Below are positions 1 through 14,110 of a stretch of 64,000 nt of DNA, in pieces. The stretch spans positions 1-64,000 of the forward strand of contig NIVC01002362.1 in the NCBI GenBank assembly GCA_002269645.1. The letters are read 5' to 3'. Below the pieces are notes generated by a model that was not told where the DNA came from, searched no databases, and saw nothing but the letters and a program-made list of their open reading frames with translations. How positions within the stretch are numbered: position 1 is the first letter of the stretch; each line of letters starts with the position of its first letter. Origin of the DNA: Macrostomum lignano (taxonomy: Eukaryota). A program made the translations under genes and the position numbers.

Positions 1-430
1 GCATCCCCAGACAGCAAGCATCCCCAGAATAGCAAGCATCCCCAGATAGAAGCATCCCAGAAGCAGCAAGCATCCCCAGACAGCAAGCATCCCCAGATAG
101 CAAGCATCCCCAGACAGCAAGCATCCCCAGATAGCAAGCATCCCCAGATAGCAAGCATCCCAGACAGCAAGCATCCCAGACAGCAAGCATCCCCAGATAG
201 CAAGCATCCCAGACAGCAAGCATCCAGATAGCAAGCATCCAGACAGCAAGCATCCCAGACAGCAAGCATCCCAGACAGCAAGCATCCCCAGATAGCAAGC
301 ATCCCAATAGCAAGCATCCCAGACAGCAAGCATCCCAGACAGCAAGCATCCCCAGACAGCAAGCACCCCAGATAGCAAGCATCCAGACAGCAAGCATCCC
401 AGACAGCAAGCATCCCAGACAGCAAGCACC
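1..430 (+). repeat. Tandem array of a 16-18 bp unit GCATCC(CC)AGA(C/T)AGCAA, about 25 copies, truncated by the window edge
   Basis: Units read directly. The same unit family occurs at 25130-25349 (+) and 30580-30654 (-). Confidence 0.95.
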
Positions 431-1802
431 CAAAATAGTGCGAAAATTTGCCAACAACTAAGCTTTGCATGGGCTTTAAATGTCGTTCGTTTCCTAATTA
501 ATGTAAAAAAATACTTATACTCAGCAACATTGAAAAGTCGTCACCCTTTGCCCCAGTGAGCAGTGTCTTTCGACCAGCTTCTATCACCTGGCCAACCATT
601 TTGATAGTAAAAAATGCTTGAAAAAATAATAAAAACTTGCGGAAGCTTCAATCCGTCCAATATTCGCCCTCCGCTCTTCCCAATCCCTCCACACCCAGTC
701 CAACTCTGCGTCGCGTGGCGCAAGTTGCGTCACTCAAAAGTCAATACTGAGCTACGAGTAGATTTGAAAGTGGCGACTTTTTAATGTTGTTGGGTATATT
801 TGTTCATATTGATGTTCGAGTGCCGCTGCACTGCCGCTCACAGACCAATTGCAGTCTGGGCCGACACAGAACAACTCTCGCCAACATGCTAGCCATAGCC
901 AGCCTTATCTGGGATCTTTGCGCTAATTGCATCACCAACAGTTGAGACCAGAACCTCGGGCGTGTTGTGAGTTGCGTCACTTGGTGCTGAGATCTGAGAA
1001 AAAATGACCACTTGAACGTGTTGCTGAGTGTACTTTGTGTGTATAGATTATCAGACAATGTTATTTTTTAGGGTAGGAAAGATTCCTGTGCCTTTCCTAA
1101 TCCTAATTGTAAACCAGCGTGTTTTTATTGTCAAAGTTGATGTAGCAATTATTTTTCTGAGGAACTCATCGTAAATGGAAGATACCAAAATAACTTTTAA
1201 AAGAATTCGTGTGTGCTAATATGCGGTGATGCAACTGTATGATTGATACGAACTGCCTTAGGACAGCGGTAACGGTGTTGACAACTTTTCTGCTCCCCTA
1301 GAAATTTAAAACTGGTCATGGGGTGAGAAAAGTTTGGAAGAAAGAAGAATAAAGATCCCAGGTGCAAGATATATTCCATAGCTAGTTGTCGGTGCGATTT
1401 CCAAGAGCTTTGTAACGTCTGGACACAAAAAGTTGTTTATGAGAAAAACATGGCAAAAAACTTCGGAATGAACTGCCTTTCTGACTTTTTGCTTGTATTT
1501 GGGCTCATAGCGCTTTTCTGACAATCAAAAGTACTTTGAAGTTCTAAGACGTTAACATTTACACCACCAGTGCACTCGTAAACGGCTGGGCCTGCCTGAA
1601 AAAAGAAACTCATTCTACTTTTTCCACCTTGGTTTATGGAGGATAATCGTGAGCGCCACTGTGGCTAAAGTTGCGGACAAGTGCACGTGTACTTTTGGTC
1701 TTACTTACCTCTTGTCACCGAGTACTACTGCTGCCTAGCAGTCAATTACTTGAAGCTATTGAAGCAGTTTTTGCACTTAAACAACACCTGCAAATACTTC
1801 AG

Positions 1803-3023
1803 GTCCTCACCACGGTGACAACGGTCGCGGGCAACCAGACGACCACCACTCAGACCACTCTGCTGCCGGTGAACGGCTCCACAACGATTCCCGGTCCGTC
1901 CTCCGGGACCGGCGAGGCTGGGATGTCTGGCGCTCAGATCGCTCTGATCATCATCTGCGTGCTGCTGCTGCTGCTGGCCATCGCCCTGACGGCCGCGCTG
2001 CTCTGGTGCTGGAAGACCCGGCAGCCGAAACCGCTGAGCGCCATCAACTTGGCCTACGGCAACGGAGCTTTTGCGGGCAACGGTGACGCCGCCTACAAGA
2101 ATCCGCAGCGTCAGGATGAGCCGGCAGAGGCTGAGGGTCAGACTGCGACTGCCGCTGCTGTTGCTGCTGGTGACAGCGCGGGCGCCGCGACAGAGGCGAC
2201 GGTCGAGCAGCCGAACGGTGCAGCGGGCAGTCCGACAGCTGGGCAGCCGAATCCCATGGGATCGTGAGTGATTGTTGCTTAGTTTGCTACTCTATCAGCC
2301 GAATCCCATGGGATCGTGAGTTATTGCTGCTTAGTTTGCAACTCTATTCATGGGTTCATGGTGTTTTTAAAATGTTCTGGTATTAATTTTTCCTATTCTC
2401 TACTTAAAATTATGATGCATGTGAAGCAATGATTTTCCTATATTTAATATAATCTACAATACAATGACTTTATTACAATTACATATTATGCAATGTATGC
2501 AGACTATATTCTAGTTAGCTCTACTATACCCTCGTACTACTAAGTATTGTAATAAAGAACGCGTACCAGTAAACAATATGTACTTTTCGAGGCTTAGCCC
2601 GCGTTTACATGTAATAAGATATGTGTATGGTATTGGAGTACAATTAAAAGAATACTAAGCATTTTATCTTACATCTAATCATGTGTTTTATGGACTTCCC
2701 CGTATCCATAGCACTGCTCTATGTAGGAATTATGCACATTGCCCATTTTTGTAACTCCACACATAAACACTTCATCGCGTTGCTACTCAAAGAACATTAC
2801 CAAACTGACCAAATTTTTATTATTATTCCTCCTACGCCCTTGTTGTGCCGTCGTCAGAGCTGACGGTCACTCTCCCAGCGGCCTGACCCTGTCCCGAATA
2901 ATGTTCGAGCCAGCGCCCTACCAGAGTCTGGCCTTCTCCGTCATCGTGCCGGAGCTCTCGTCCGGCGAGGAGGCGGCCGACTCTGAAAATAACGGGCTGC
3001 CGATATTGCGCACGGCGGTTTGA
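1803..3023 (+). CDS. Last two exons (1803-2263, 2858-3023) of a type I single-pass membrane protein: Thr/Ser/Pro/Gly-rich stalk, one TM helix, cytoplasmic tail ending RTAV; 5' exons not identified
   Basis: Acceptor ttcAG at 1801-1802 is in frame (phase 0). TM segment IALIIICVLLLLLAIALTAALLWCW is followed by KTR. Donor GTGAGT at 2264 (phase 2) joins acceptor gtcAG at 2856-2857 in frame to ADGHSPSG...LRTAV*. The C-terminus matches a class I PDZ-binding motif (T-x-V). Confidence 0.75.
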
Positions 3024-3501
3024 TTTCTTAGAAACTCAAGGATGTCGCAGCAGTATTATTAACATTAAAGTTAAAAAGTTGTCGCGTTCTTCCGACCGCG
3101 CATGTCTGCAATTCTTCTTGCAATATTTGACTTTCATTTGTTTAGTTTCAGTGAGTATTTGTTAAAATAATGTTTCGTAGAACACGGCTTTATTAATATT
3201 TTTAGTTCTAACTCTAATGAATGCCTAGCTATAACACTTGCATAAAATTTTATTTCTAGACTGCCTCACACAACGCATAATTTTAACATTGATTCTCTTA
3301 CATGCACCCGTAATTTTAACGTTAAACTTTTCAGCACTTGAGATTGCCTTTCATAGTAGTCTGCGTTTAAAAATTAATAACTAAAATAATGAACTTATTT
3401 TCACGTTTGATATTTGCTCTAAAGTTAAAGAAATACTAAAATTTTATTGGTTTGTTTATAACAAGCGAGTAAATTTTTTTGTTTATTGCAGTTCCATCGC
3501 C

Positions 3502-5514
3502 ATGGAGAAGCTGCCGCCATCGCCCATTGCCGCAGCTGCTGAGACCAAAGCCGTGCCAAAGTAAGCTCACTTGAGTGCTTTGCTGAATATATCATTTTCA
3601 CTATAGCGATGATGATAAATTCTTCGAAACACAACTTGTTTATCAAGCAAAACATGAAATGCTATATTGTTGCTCTCCAGGCTCAGATTAACTGTCGTTA
3701 TGAATGTGTAATTCACAAGACTTCATTGTCAGGTACACACCTAAGAGAGTACGCAACATTATACAATTAGTTACATCAGATCAGCATACTCTAGGTGTGG
3801 CTTTCATCAAATAGTTATAACAAAACGATTAGCGGAAAATTGTTTCTATTTAATCTTTGCATCAAAAGTACATGTACGGGCGCCAGAAGCTTTTATAAAA
3901 ATCTGCACATATTGAAAACCCAATTAGGTGCTAGCGTTATTCAGTGTCTTCAGTTTTAGGCATTCCGTAGTTTTAAAAAAAAATTATTTCGGCTTTTTCT
4001 ACAGTTTAAAAAATACTTCATTCGTTAAAACAAAAATACCGGTAAATATACTTATCGTTATTTTGCAGTGTTGAAAACTGATCCTAAGGTAATGAAGGAA
4101 TAAGTAGAGAATTTTTCCTGTGCGTTACTCATTTAGGCTCGAAATCTCAACAGTATAACAAAGCTTAATGTTGGGGTCGCCGCCCTAAGCTGTCGCTTTT
4201 GCTTCGTTTCAAATGTTATGATCAGTGTAGCTACTATGCATATAATTTGTAGTACTTAAATTTATTTCAACAATTTTGCCAACTTTTCTATTCAAATTTC
4301 TATCCATCAACTATCAGATGGCTTCTTGGTCTCCGAGAGCTTGAGGTGCTCGAGCTTGCAGGTCAGACAAACATAATTTGGAGTTTTTTTCCTGTCTTGT
4401 CACTACATTTACGAGCTCGTATGCGGCTTGTCTGTCGCATATTTTTATAAATTTGTTGTCATGACGTAATCTTTTAACAAAAATGTGGTCATATTAGGAG
4501 AAAATTTTGGCTAGGATTCAAATGGATACTGCTTTTTGGGAATAAAAGCTTAGCTTACATTAATTGCCCTTCAATTATAACAAATCGCACCCGTGATAAC
4601 AACCAGATTTATTCGGATTGTCTTGGTTGTGGCTTGATGGCGCACAATTAAAACTAACGTCATCAAAATGCATGTTGTCGAAAAATCCTCGGCCCTAACT
4701 ATAGTACCTCTTTGAAAAGCCTTTGGCAATAAATTCATTATTTATGGTTATTGACATGTGTGTTTCAGATTTGCTGACTGTTGCCGCTCTCATGCAAATT
4801 ACTGACAGCAACTGCCACCCTGTAACCCTTGATCTGTGGCTTCTATTTTAGCTGATGGGCCGTTTTGCATGACTTTCCAAAATCAGAGACATATTTTAAT
4901 ACTGTATATCGCGTTAAACCATATTTATTGATGCCAGGTTTGCCTTTTGATACATGCAGGATCGAAATAGAAAAGCAAAAAGACAGAGGCATAATGTGCG
5001 GAAGAGATTGAGCGGCATAGCTGGGTACATGTAGATTAGGAACAAGAGAGAGACAGGATGGCAATTAAGGTGAAGCGATTTTCGAGAAGAGATAAAGTGG
5101 AGAAGAGATTAAAGGAGGAAAGAGTCAAAGGGACATCAGACAGACTGGGATGTGTTAGAGGACTTGGAACTTTTGACTCAGGCTTGTATTTTCACCTCGG
5201 AATAACTTGACAAACAAGCGTTAATCTGCCCATTCCTGCCATTCAGATGCTACGGTGTAGCGACGCCATACGGCGGGGTCGCATCGCTGTTCCTTGGCCT
5301 TCAAATGACCCGCGTGCAGACTCCTTTTCAACAGAACGAGCTCCATCATTATCAGCAGCAGCAGCAACAAAAGCTGACTAACTTGCCTAATTCGCCTCAA
5401 AAAGAATATTTTCCTGACTTTGATGAGTGGCAAAGTGAAGATGAGCTTAGCAACAAAAAATTCAATAATTACTGGTGCCTCCCAGCCACTGTGACCGTGA
5501 GCAGCCGCCTGTGA
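3502..5514 (+). CDS. Putative small multi-exon gene: start exon 3502-3560 (MEKLPPSPIAAAAETKAVP), possible internal exon 4318-4361, terminal exon 5247-5514; product unknown
   Basis: ttgcAG acceptor at 3490-3491 and GTAAGC donor at 3561 (phase 2). Acceptors at 4316-4317 and 5245-5246 are phase-compatible with that donor. The terminal exon extends ORF 5305-5514 upstream. Exon connectivity is unverified. Confidence 0.3.
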
Positions 5515-8043
5515 CTCGCTCGGCCGTGAAATTTCGGAGCGAGTTATCAAATAGCTAGATTCTTTTTAAGCGTCGGGTGTTCCATCAACAATCCAGTTAA
5601 CCTCGCTCCCCTCGATGTCTCTTCACGTGACTCTCCGCTCCTTAGCAGCGCTCTGTTGTCTTGTTTTGAGTGTTCTCTTTCTTTCCATGGTCGCATTTCT
5701 TCTGCGAGTCACGAAAACCAACAGTTGACGCTGCACTCGGAGTTGCTCATCCGTTAACTATACCTGTCCGTGCACCTGTCTATCGCTAGAGCTGTTGATG
5801 AGGGGGGGGGGGCGTCTAGAAAACAAAAAATATCCTAAATTATTGTTTTAAAGTGTTTCAGAGTACAAAAGTCTGTCAGTTGTTTCAAATTCGAAAAGTT
5901 ACAGAGTAGCAAATCTTTGAATCTCATTTTGCGATCGTCGATCGTCGATATCGATTTTAGTCATTTTATTTACCTAGTGAATCATCTCTTAGTGAATCTC
6001 ACCGTCCCTTCTCTTTCTCATCACCCTCCCCTATCTCCCCCCGTAGCTCGCCCTCTTGTCGCCGCTCAGAGGTATCTTTTTGATAGTGCAACTGTCAACA
6101 TTTATTTTTGTAACCAGAAGAGCAATACTTGTAAGTGTATTCTATCATAAAGCTATTATAATAACGCTCATCGGAAGCAATATTTTGTATTTTGTGTATT
6201 AATTAAAAAAGCAAATAAATATTACACACGCTCTAATGTTTATCGGAAGCTGTTATTAACAAAGTAAAAAAAACTGCACAATTTGTTCCTTCAGCCAAAG
6301 CTGACTCCGACGTTTGACCATTTAACAGGCCTATCATTCATTTTTAAGCTATCCCAGGACGCTAAGTATTCATATAAGGAATTCTGGGGTAGCTATGTCA
6401 TTTTTTATCACTATATCTTTTTAACATACTCTCCACTATATTTTGCCGTGAATTTCTGACGAGGCAATTGTAAAGAAATGAAATATTCAACAAACAGCTG
6501 TGAAGAAAATTGACTATAAAATCTGTTTAAATTAGAGTTAAATTGAAGCGACAAAAGAGCGTGGGGCGCAGTGCCCAAACCCGTATAGTATATTTTTATC
6601 AGACATTAATTTAGGGGGTTGAATCCAGAATAATAAAAGGAGGGGTGGAGTGCGCGACTAAAGAGAGAGGCGAGAATGGAGAGCCAATCAGAAGGCAGCT
6701 AGGGAGAGAGATAAGAATAACAAGATTGAGCTAGATAGAAAGAGAGAGAAAACAGAGTTAAACCGAGACAAGTGAAGGTGAACTAAAGAAATGGCTAGTA
6801 AAGTCGTGACAGCAGTGATGAGTGAACTGAACTAGTTCTAGTTGTTGTTGGATTCGAAGTCTTTTATTTCCAGTCCTTCGGCATGGTCTGGTACGAAATC
6901 GACGATTTTTCGAGCTTGTAAAAGCGACTGATTAAATTCGTTCTGCTGTTCATTCTGCTTGCTTGTAGACTCGAAGCGATTGCAATTTCAGCTGTATGCT
7001 TGACCATATTTCTTTCCCGATTAGGACGACCTAGCTAGCCAATTTCGGGAGTTGTCATGGCGACCATTGCGGGGGAGTCACTCCTAGAGTTGATTGCTAG
7101 CAGAAAAGGAGGAATGATTTATTGCTATGATGCGCACTGTAGGCTAAGGAAGTTACCGCGGACTAAAGGGACTTAATTAGGAAAGTAGCCGAGAAACCTG
7201 CGGAGCATCTTTGACGGCCGAGTAGACAGATGCGATAGGTGAAGAGATTAATGGCAGCTATATTTAGCGAAATATTCGCAATTTCACTGTTCATATTGTC
7301 GCCACTGATGTCGTGCTTGACTGTAACATGCATTTTATCACTGCAAGATGTAGTTTCTATAATGTAGGAGCTAGTTTGCAACATTACTACCAAAGCATTG
7401 TGGAACTTTGCTGTTATACATTGGTCCTGTTTCTTTTCGTCACTTTATTATGAATTCCTTTTTTGATTTCTGGGCAAATGCACTGCTGGGTGCCTGTCTT
7501 AGCCTTGACCCAAAGTTTTTTTCCCGATTGGTGTGAATTCAATTTTGGTGTCAAGCAAACGACGTGGCTTCTTGCACCGAAGATGCGCAGATGCTTGTAT
7601 TAGGCTCGAAGGCGCATCAGTACGTAGAGAAGATGATGGAGAACCGCAGTGGGGTTCATGCAGCCGTGGCACTTTTACTTATTATACATGTACTCGAGGC
7701 AGTAGTCAACACGCTTAAGAACCAGCTTAATTTCTTTATCACTTACAGTCTAGCGGGCGTCCCTAACAAGGACCATTGATTTGCAAACTTTAACTGTTTC
7801 CTTTTGACCCATGTCCCAGAAATTCAAATGTTCAGTAGCAAGAAAAAGTGTAAGGGTTTTTTAAATTAAGTGTCAATGTCTTTTTCAGCGCACGGCGCAA
7901 CCCACGTGGGTAAGAGTAGTGAGTGCGTTAGGAAGTTTCTTGTGCATGGGCCCTTTTGGCGTGTTTGAAAGCTAAACTTACAGATGTTTTCTATCGGATA
8001 AGACTTGACTTTCAATGAGAATAACGGTCCTACGACAACTGCC

Positions 8044-8045
<2 letters not shown>

Positions 8046-8074
<29 letters not shown>

Positions 8075-8142
8075 CCACTGATATATATATATATGATATA
8101 TGATATATGATATATGATATATGATATATAATATATATATAT
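8046..8142. repeat. (TA)n and (TATATGA)n microsatellite
   Basis: Read directly. Confidence 0.9.
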
Positions 8143-9047
8143 TAGCATACTTTTGAATTCATTACACTAAAACCAGTTTTTTATTTCTCTGCTTGGTATT
8201 TCATATTTTTCTTCTACATGTAATTACCAATAATACTATTATTACGAGCTAACTTATGATGTTGCATGCGCTCTGCTCAGCTAGCAGTCAGTTGTCTTCA
8301 CAGTCAGCTGTCGCTGAAAGCAGTTGTGCAAAGGCAACGTCGTGCTACCGAAATAACAACAAAAAACAGCAACAAAAGACAAAAACCCAGGAAAGCGAAA
8401 TCATGCGGTCCAGAGTTCGTCAGATGGCGCGCCGCAGCGCGAGCTTATTCAGATATTTTATGCTCGCAATTTCAACTGGCGAAGTCCTTTTGAAACTCGT
8501 GAGACATACAGATCGGGCCCGAGTCGATCCGAGCTAATCTCAACTGTTTTTTGGATAAACCATTGATCTCCAACAGCTTCCTGAATATTACGAGCTAGCT
8601 TGTCTTTGACCGCAGCAGAGAGAAAGTGCAGCGGCTGGGATTCTCATTGAAACCACTGGATGTGGAACGAACTTCACTGCATGTATCGCATTGGTAGAGA
8701 GGTAATTTTGTCCAAAAAGAGCTGACGAAATTCAGGTGAGGTGAGATCAGACAGGGCGTCAGCTTTCAATTCTATCACGAATTTTCTGCCTCCCCGCTTG
8801 CATTGAGCAGATAGTCATCGGTCTGGCTACATTGGGCCAATCTGATGAGAGTGACAGGCACTTGGCTGCAACAGAGATTTGTTGCAAGCCTCCTGTTTTG
8901 ATGATGATGCCTTCCGGTCCTGGGGCAGCCGTTGTTACTGAGACGCGGCTGGAAAGGTTAAGAACGACAAGGAGAGGCTGCTGGAGGAAAATAGCACTGA
9001 AAAACACTATTGAGGACAGATTGCCTTCTGCCTTTGCCTCTGAGGGC

Positions 9048-10095
<1,048 letters not shown>

Positions 10096-11513
10096 GTTCG
10101 TATTTAGTTATTGAACCTGTTAAGTTTCATGAGCAATAAAATGTCAAAAACTTTGCTTTCGCAATGCACTCTACTGGAATGCGGTGGAATGTTTAATGAA
10201 AAATTTGAAAGCTACATATTTAAGTCCATTTGTCTTGGCATATATTCCCTCTGGATAAGCAATCAGATTTTCTAATAATATTTAGCGAGAAAGGCATTTA
10301 AAATTCTTTTGACCTTATACTCTGGAGTTTTCTCCTCCAAACTGGGAGCTATAAAGCCGGTGGGATTAAGATCCCTATGGTTGCTGGGATTATGGCAGCT
10401 AATGAAGCAGGGCCTTTCGCTTTCAGTTTCTCCTTTTTTTACAGCGGATAGAAATTTTATAACTAGTTACTTTCTTGATTTTTTCGAAAAGCCATCTGTG
10501 CTCTGAGGCCTTTGCCGCCAGCTGTGGAAGAATCCGAGCGGTTTCTGTATGTATCAGTTTCCTAACGCACAGCATAAGTCCGTACTTACACCATTTTTTC
10601 AGTCCTAACAATATCAGCATTTGAAGAAATGGACTGGTGACAGAAATTCACGGAAGTATTCGTTCCATCTGTAACCAGCAACTGCTGCAGCCCAAAGATA
10701 TGAATATGAGGTGTGAGGTGTGTCGCATTGCGCATTTTTTACCGAAATCTTTTTACGACAGCGAACTCCTGACAAAGTCAGTACTGGGTAGGTCGAAGAG
10801 CTAGAATTTACAGCGTATCTGCCACCATACATGCTGGTTCATTTTCGAAATTTCGGCTACTTGGCTGCGCGGTATTTGCATCAGTTGAAAAAGCAGGAGT
10901 CAACAGTCAGATATGAGGTGGCAAGACGTATGGCCTGACGGCGTATTTTTGTGGCATTCATTAGCAGAGTCAGTCTGTCTGCCGAGTAGTTCCGGTGGGA
11001 CCTGGAAATCCTTTATGACGAGCGTAATAAATGTTCCACCATATTATGCATAAGTGCAACTCGGAGCTCTGAAAAGTGAGTAGATTAAGAGACCAGAACT
11101 CAGCATTCTCATGTTTCACACAAACATTTGATTGATGGTAGAATTGGTAGAGACTTTTGAAGAGCGCTTCGTGTGGTTAATTAAGCTTCTCCAGCATGCA
11201 GGATGCAGGTCAGGGTTGAATCAACAAGGCAGAAAAGAGACGCAGTGCCGCTCTACATCAGCACGTTTAGTACTCATTACCTGCTTGATGCGTGTATTTG
11301 AAGACCGCAGCTTGCTGTGCTTGTCTCCATCCACAAAAAAACTGTTGTCAGTTTGGTTCTATCAGAGATTCATTCCATATGCTTATCGTTAGCATCGCGG
11401 GTGCAACTAATTATTGAAACAGCTCTTTTTTGACAGAAAAAGTTTATACGAGTAGCAGCATGAGAGCATAGTTGTTTACAGTCGGAAAAAACATTATCCA
11501 TAAGTTTTCGTCA

Positions 11514-12968
11514 TCACAGATGACTGATTTTTTCTCCCGACACGATTAGATAAACTCGATTTGCCGGCGCTTCATCAGCTCCTACGATTGCTGATACAGA
11601 CAGCTGCGTTGGATCGGCATCAGTCTCTGTCGATGTGACATCAGCAGAGTCTACGAATGCTGTTGCCTGATAATTTCCCTGCCGATGCTGCGAACACTGT
11701 TTCGGCTGCTTTCTGGGGCCTGAAGCCACGGCTAGGTAACGACTGGAGCTGTACTCAGTCGTCACCAGAGCCGCTGCATGCGCGGCCGCCGCGAAGCTGT
11801 TGATATCGCTGCAGACGATGTCGTCGCAGTCGCAGCAGTTCGTCCGGCTGATTCGGCTGGGACTTGGCGACTGATCAGCGGCCTGCTGACTGCCGTCCTG
11901 CACTGCCCGCCAGTTCCTGACGCCGCTGACGCCACCACCAGCTGCTCTGGCGGCTCTTTGGGCACCACCGGGGCCAGCGCGTCTTAACAGCAGGCAAACA
12001 TTGCGCCGAAAATTCTTGGAGCTGAAAAAGTACACGAAGCCGTTGATTGCATTGTTCAACACTGACACCATGACGAGTGTCATTCCCGCGGTGCCGACTT
12101 GCCGGCGGATGTTAGCTTGATTCTTCAAGTCGAACACTGCGTCAAAAATTTCAAAGATGCACTGCGGCATGGTGAGGAAGATGTGCAGCAGGCACACAGG
12201 AACCAGCATTTTGTTTGCCGTGCTGCTGCTGCTGCCGCTGCTGCGGCCTTCAAGCCGCTTTGCCTCTCTGGCGTCCTCCGTGAGCATCAGCGTTCGACGC
12301 TGATTCGCCCGTCGAATAATGCGAATAAGTGTGGCGTTGAACACCGCCATGAGGATGAAGGGCACCAGGCTGTACAGCACCAGTGTCGTGATGAAGAATG
12401 CCAAACGAAACTGGCTGTCTGGCGAGTCGCACTTGTCCTTGTCAACGCGCAACTTGAGAAATATTATCAAGTTTTTGGCGAAAAGAATTGCCAGCGCGAC
12501 AGTCCAGGTCAGAATCTTTGGTCGCCTTCGATAGTGCAAGTTCGAATGGTGCGGCCAACGAGCAAACAGGAAGCGTTCCATGGTCATCAGGACCAGGATC
12601 CAGGTGGCCGCCTCCTTCAGGAAGTAGGTCAGGAAGGTGTGCAAGGTGCAGACAAAGTCGCTGTGCAGTCGGATGTCAAAGCCTGTGGCCAGCGCGATGA
12701 AGTAGCGCACCGGGTTGACCAGCAGAACGTTGAGGTCGGCAACCGCAAGCGCCGTGAAGACGTCACGAGATTTTGAGACGCCCGAAGCTCGGCGCATTAC
12801 AGCAACGACGACCGTGTTGGAGACGACGCCGACAACGATGAGGACCGGGAAGTAGACGATCCCGAAGAAACGAATCACGGGGGAGAAGCGCGGACCAGCG
12901 CCTCCCCCGGAGCCCACAACTTCCTCCAGTTGAGAGCTGTTGGAAACTTGCTCGTCGAAGAGCGGCAT
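11514..12968 (-). CDS. Intronless class A (rhodopsin-family) GPCR, peptide-receptor-like, about 484 aa from the likely ATG at 12968 (ORF open from 13121)
   Basis: Seven hydrophobic segments. GVVSN in TM1, LAVAD in TM2, MTMERF at the DRY position, Cys before TM3 (DFVC), TM6 LTMPQ, TM7 NNAINGFVYFFSSKNFR. Confidence 0.9.
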   Translation of the reverse strand: MPLFDEQVSNSSQLEEVVGSGGGAGPRFSPVIRFFGIVYFPVLIVVGVVSNTVVVAVMRRASGVSKSRDVFTALAVADLNVLLVNPVRYFIALATGFDIRLHSDFVCTLHTFLTYFLKEAATWILVLMTMERFLFARWPHHSNLHYRRRPKILTWTVALAILFAKNLIIFLKLRVDKDKCDSPDSQFRLAFFITTLVLYSLVPFILMAVFNATLIRIIRRANQRRTLMLTEDAREAKRLEGRSSGSSSSTANKMLVPVCLLHIFLTMPQCIFEIFDAVFDLKNQANIRRQVGTAGMTLVMVSVLNNAINGFVYFFSSKNFRRNVCLLLRRAGPGGAQRAARAAGGGVSGVRNWRAVQDGSQQAADQSPSPSRISRTNCCDCDDIVCSDINSFAAAAHAAALVTTEYSSSRYLAVASGPRKQPKQCSQHRQGNYQATAFVDSADVTSTETDADPTQLSVSAIVGADEAPANRVYLIVSGEKISHL

Positions 12969-13828
12969 TTTAGAAATGAAAGTCAAGCTCACTCGCTTTA
13001 CGTATTTATGCGTTTTCTTTACAGAATTCGAATGGGAGCTCGGTCTTCGCCTATTGGCTAGCAGAATTATAGCAGCACCGCCGCTTTTGTGTCTTGGCTG
13101 AAGAGAAGGATTCGAATGCAAAATTCGGCAATTGCAGTCTCTGTGGGCATCACTGTACTAATGGTAACAAGTACCAGTGCACTGCAAAACCTAAGCCGTT
13201 GGTTTCTGAATGATTTCCGTGGAATAGATTCCTGCAACAAACTAGCATATTAGCTAGATGAATTCTTTCGATGACATTTCGAGCGAAAGTTTGTAGAGCC
13301 TTTCTAGAATCGTTGTTGATATGAAGCCGATCGGGTCGGCTTCTTTGATTAGTTAACCTGGATAACGGCATTTACTTGATCATCTTTCAAGCTTGGCGCC
13401 TCAGCAAGATAATCTTTGGTAGGTCACAATCTCTTAAACCCTGCCTTTGTAGATCCGAGTTTGTAAAGAAGCAAATATTTTTCCGTTTCAAAAACAATAC
13501 GCAAAATATTTATTCGACAAAATTAAGCTGGCTACGCTTGTAATGCTGGCATAAAACAGCTGGCCGTGGTTGTATTCGCCACCAACTCTGCCAGAAATTC
13601 GATCTCAGGGGATGGCAGTGGTTACACGCAAGAAAATTTCTTGAATAACCTTGATGACGCGCAAAAAATGATTTTAGTTTTAGCTACACCAATAGCATCA
13701 ACGCATCCGTGTCCTAGCTTTCTACTGATGTAAGTAGAGATAGTCGACTTTTTCGACTTACTGTATTTTTTCAAGTTCTATAAGTCAGTTGATGAAATGT
13801 TTTTTGCATTGTTTATTTAATATCGCCA

Positions 13829-14110
13829 ATGCAACAACAACAAAATACACTGACAGCAAAATACGCAGTTAGCGTCAAAGAGCGCGCTTCAAGGCCAGGT
13901 CGCGAATGGGGCAACGGCGTCAGCCAGCAGGCAGTCGATGAAACGCCGGGTGCGCGCCTGCCCCCGCCGGTAGGGTGTCTGCAGCGTCAGCAGCAGCACC
14001 TCCAGCACCGGCTGTTGGCAGTACATCTCAGCGCGGATGATGTGGCCTGCAAGCTGGAGTCGCCGACGGTGCAACAGGTCGCTTGGGCAGACTAAGCCAG
14101 CGCGTACACT
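13829..14110 (-). mobile_element. 5'-truncated 3' end of a non-LTR retrotransposon (RTE-like C-terminus) with a (TGT)n tail
   Basis: Encodes RRRLQLAGHIIRAE...RRGQARTRRFID, resembling the RRL.W.GH..R / RGRP C-terminal motifs of RTE-clade ORFs. Homologous to 23850-24172. Confidence 0.7.

Noticed and set aside
1200-1520. Possible decayed LINE endonuclease (VLICGDA-like peptide)
   Set aside because: A single short motif amid stops and frameshifts is insufficient.
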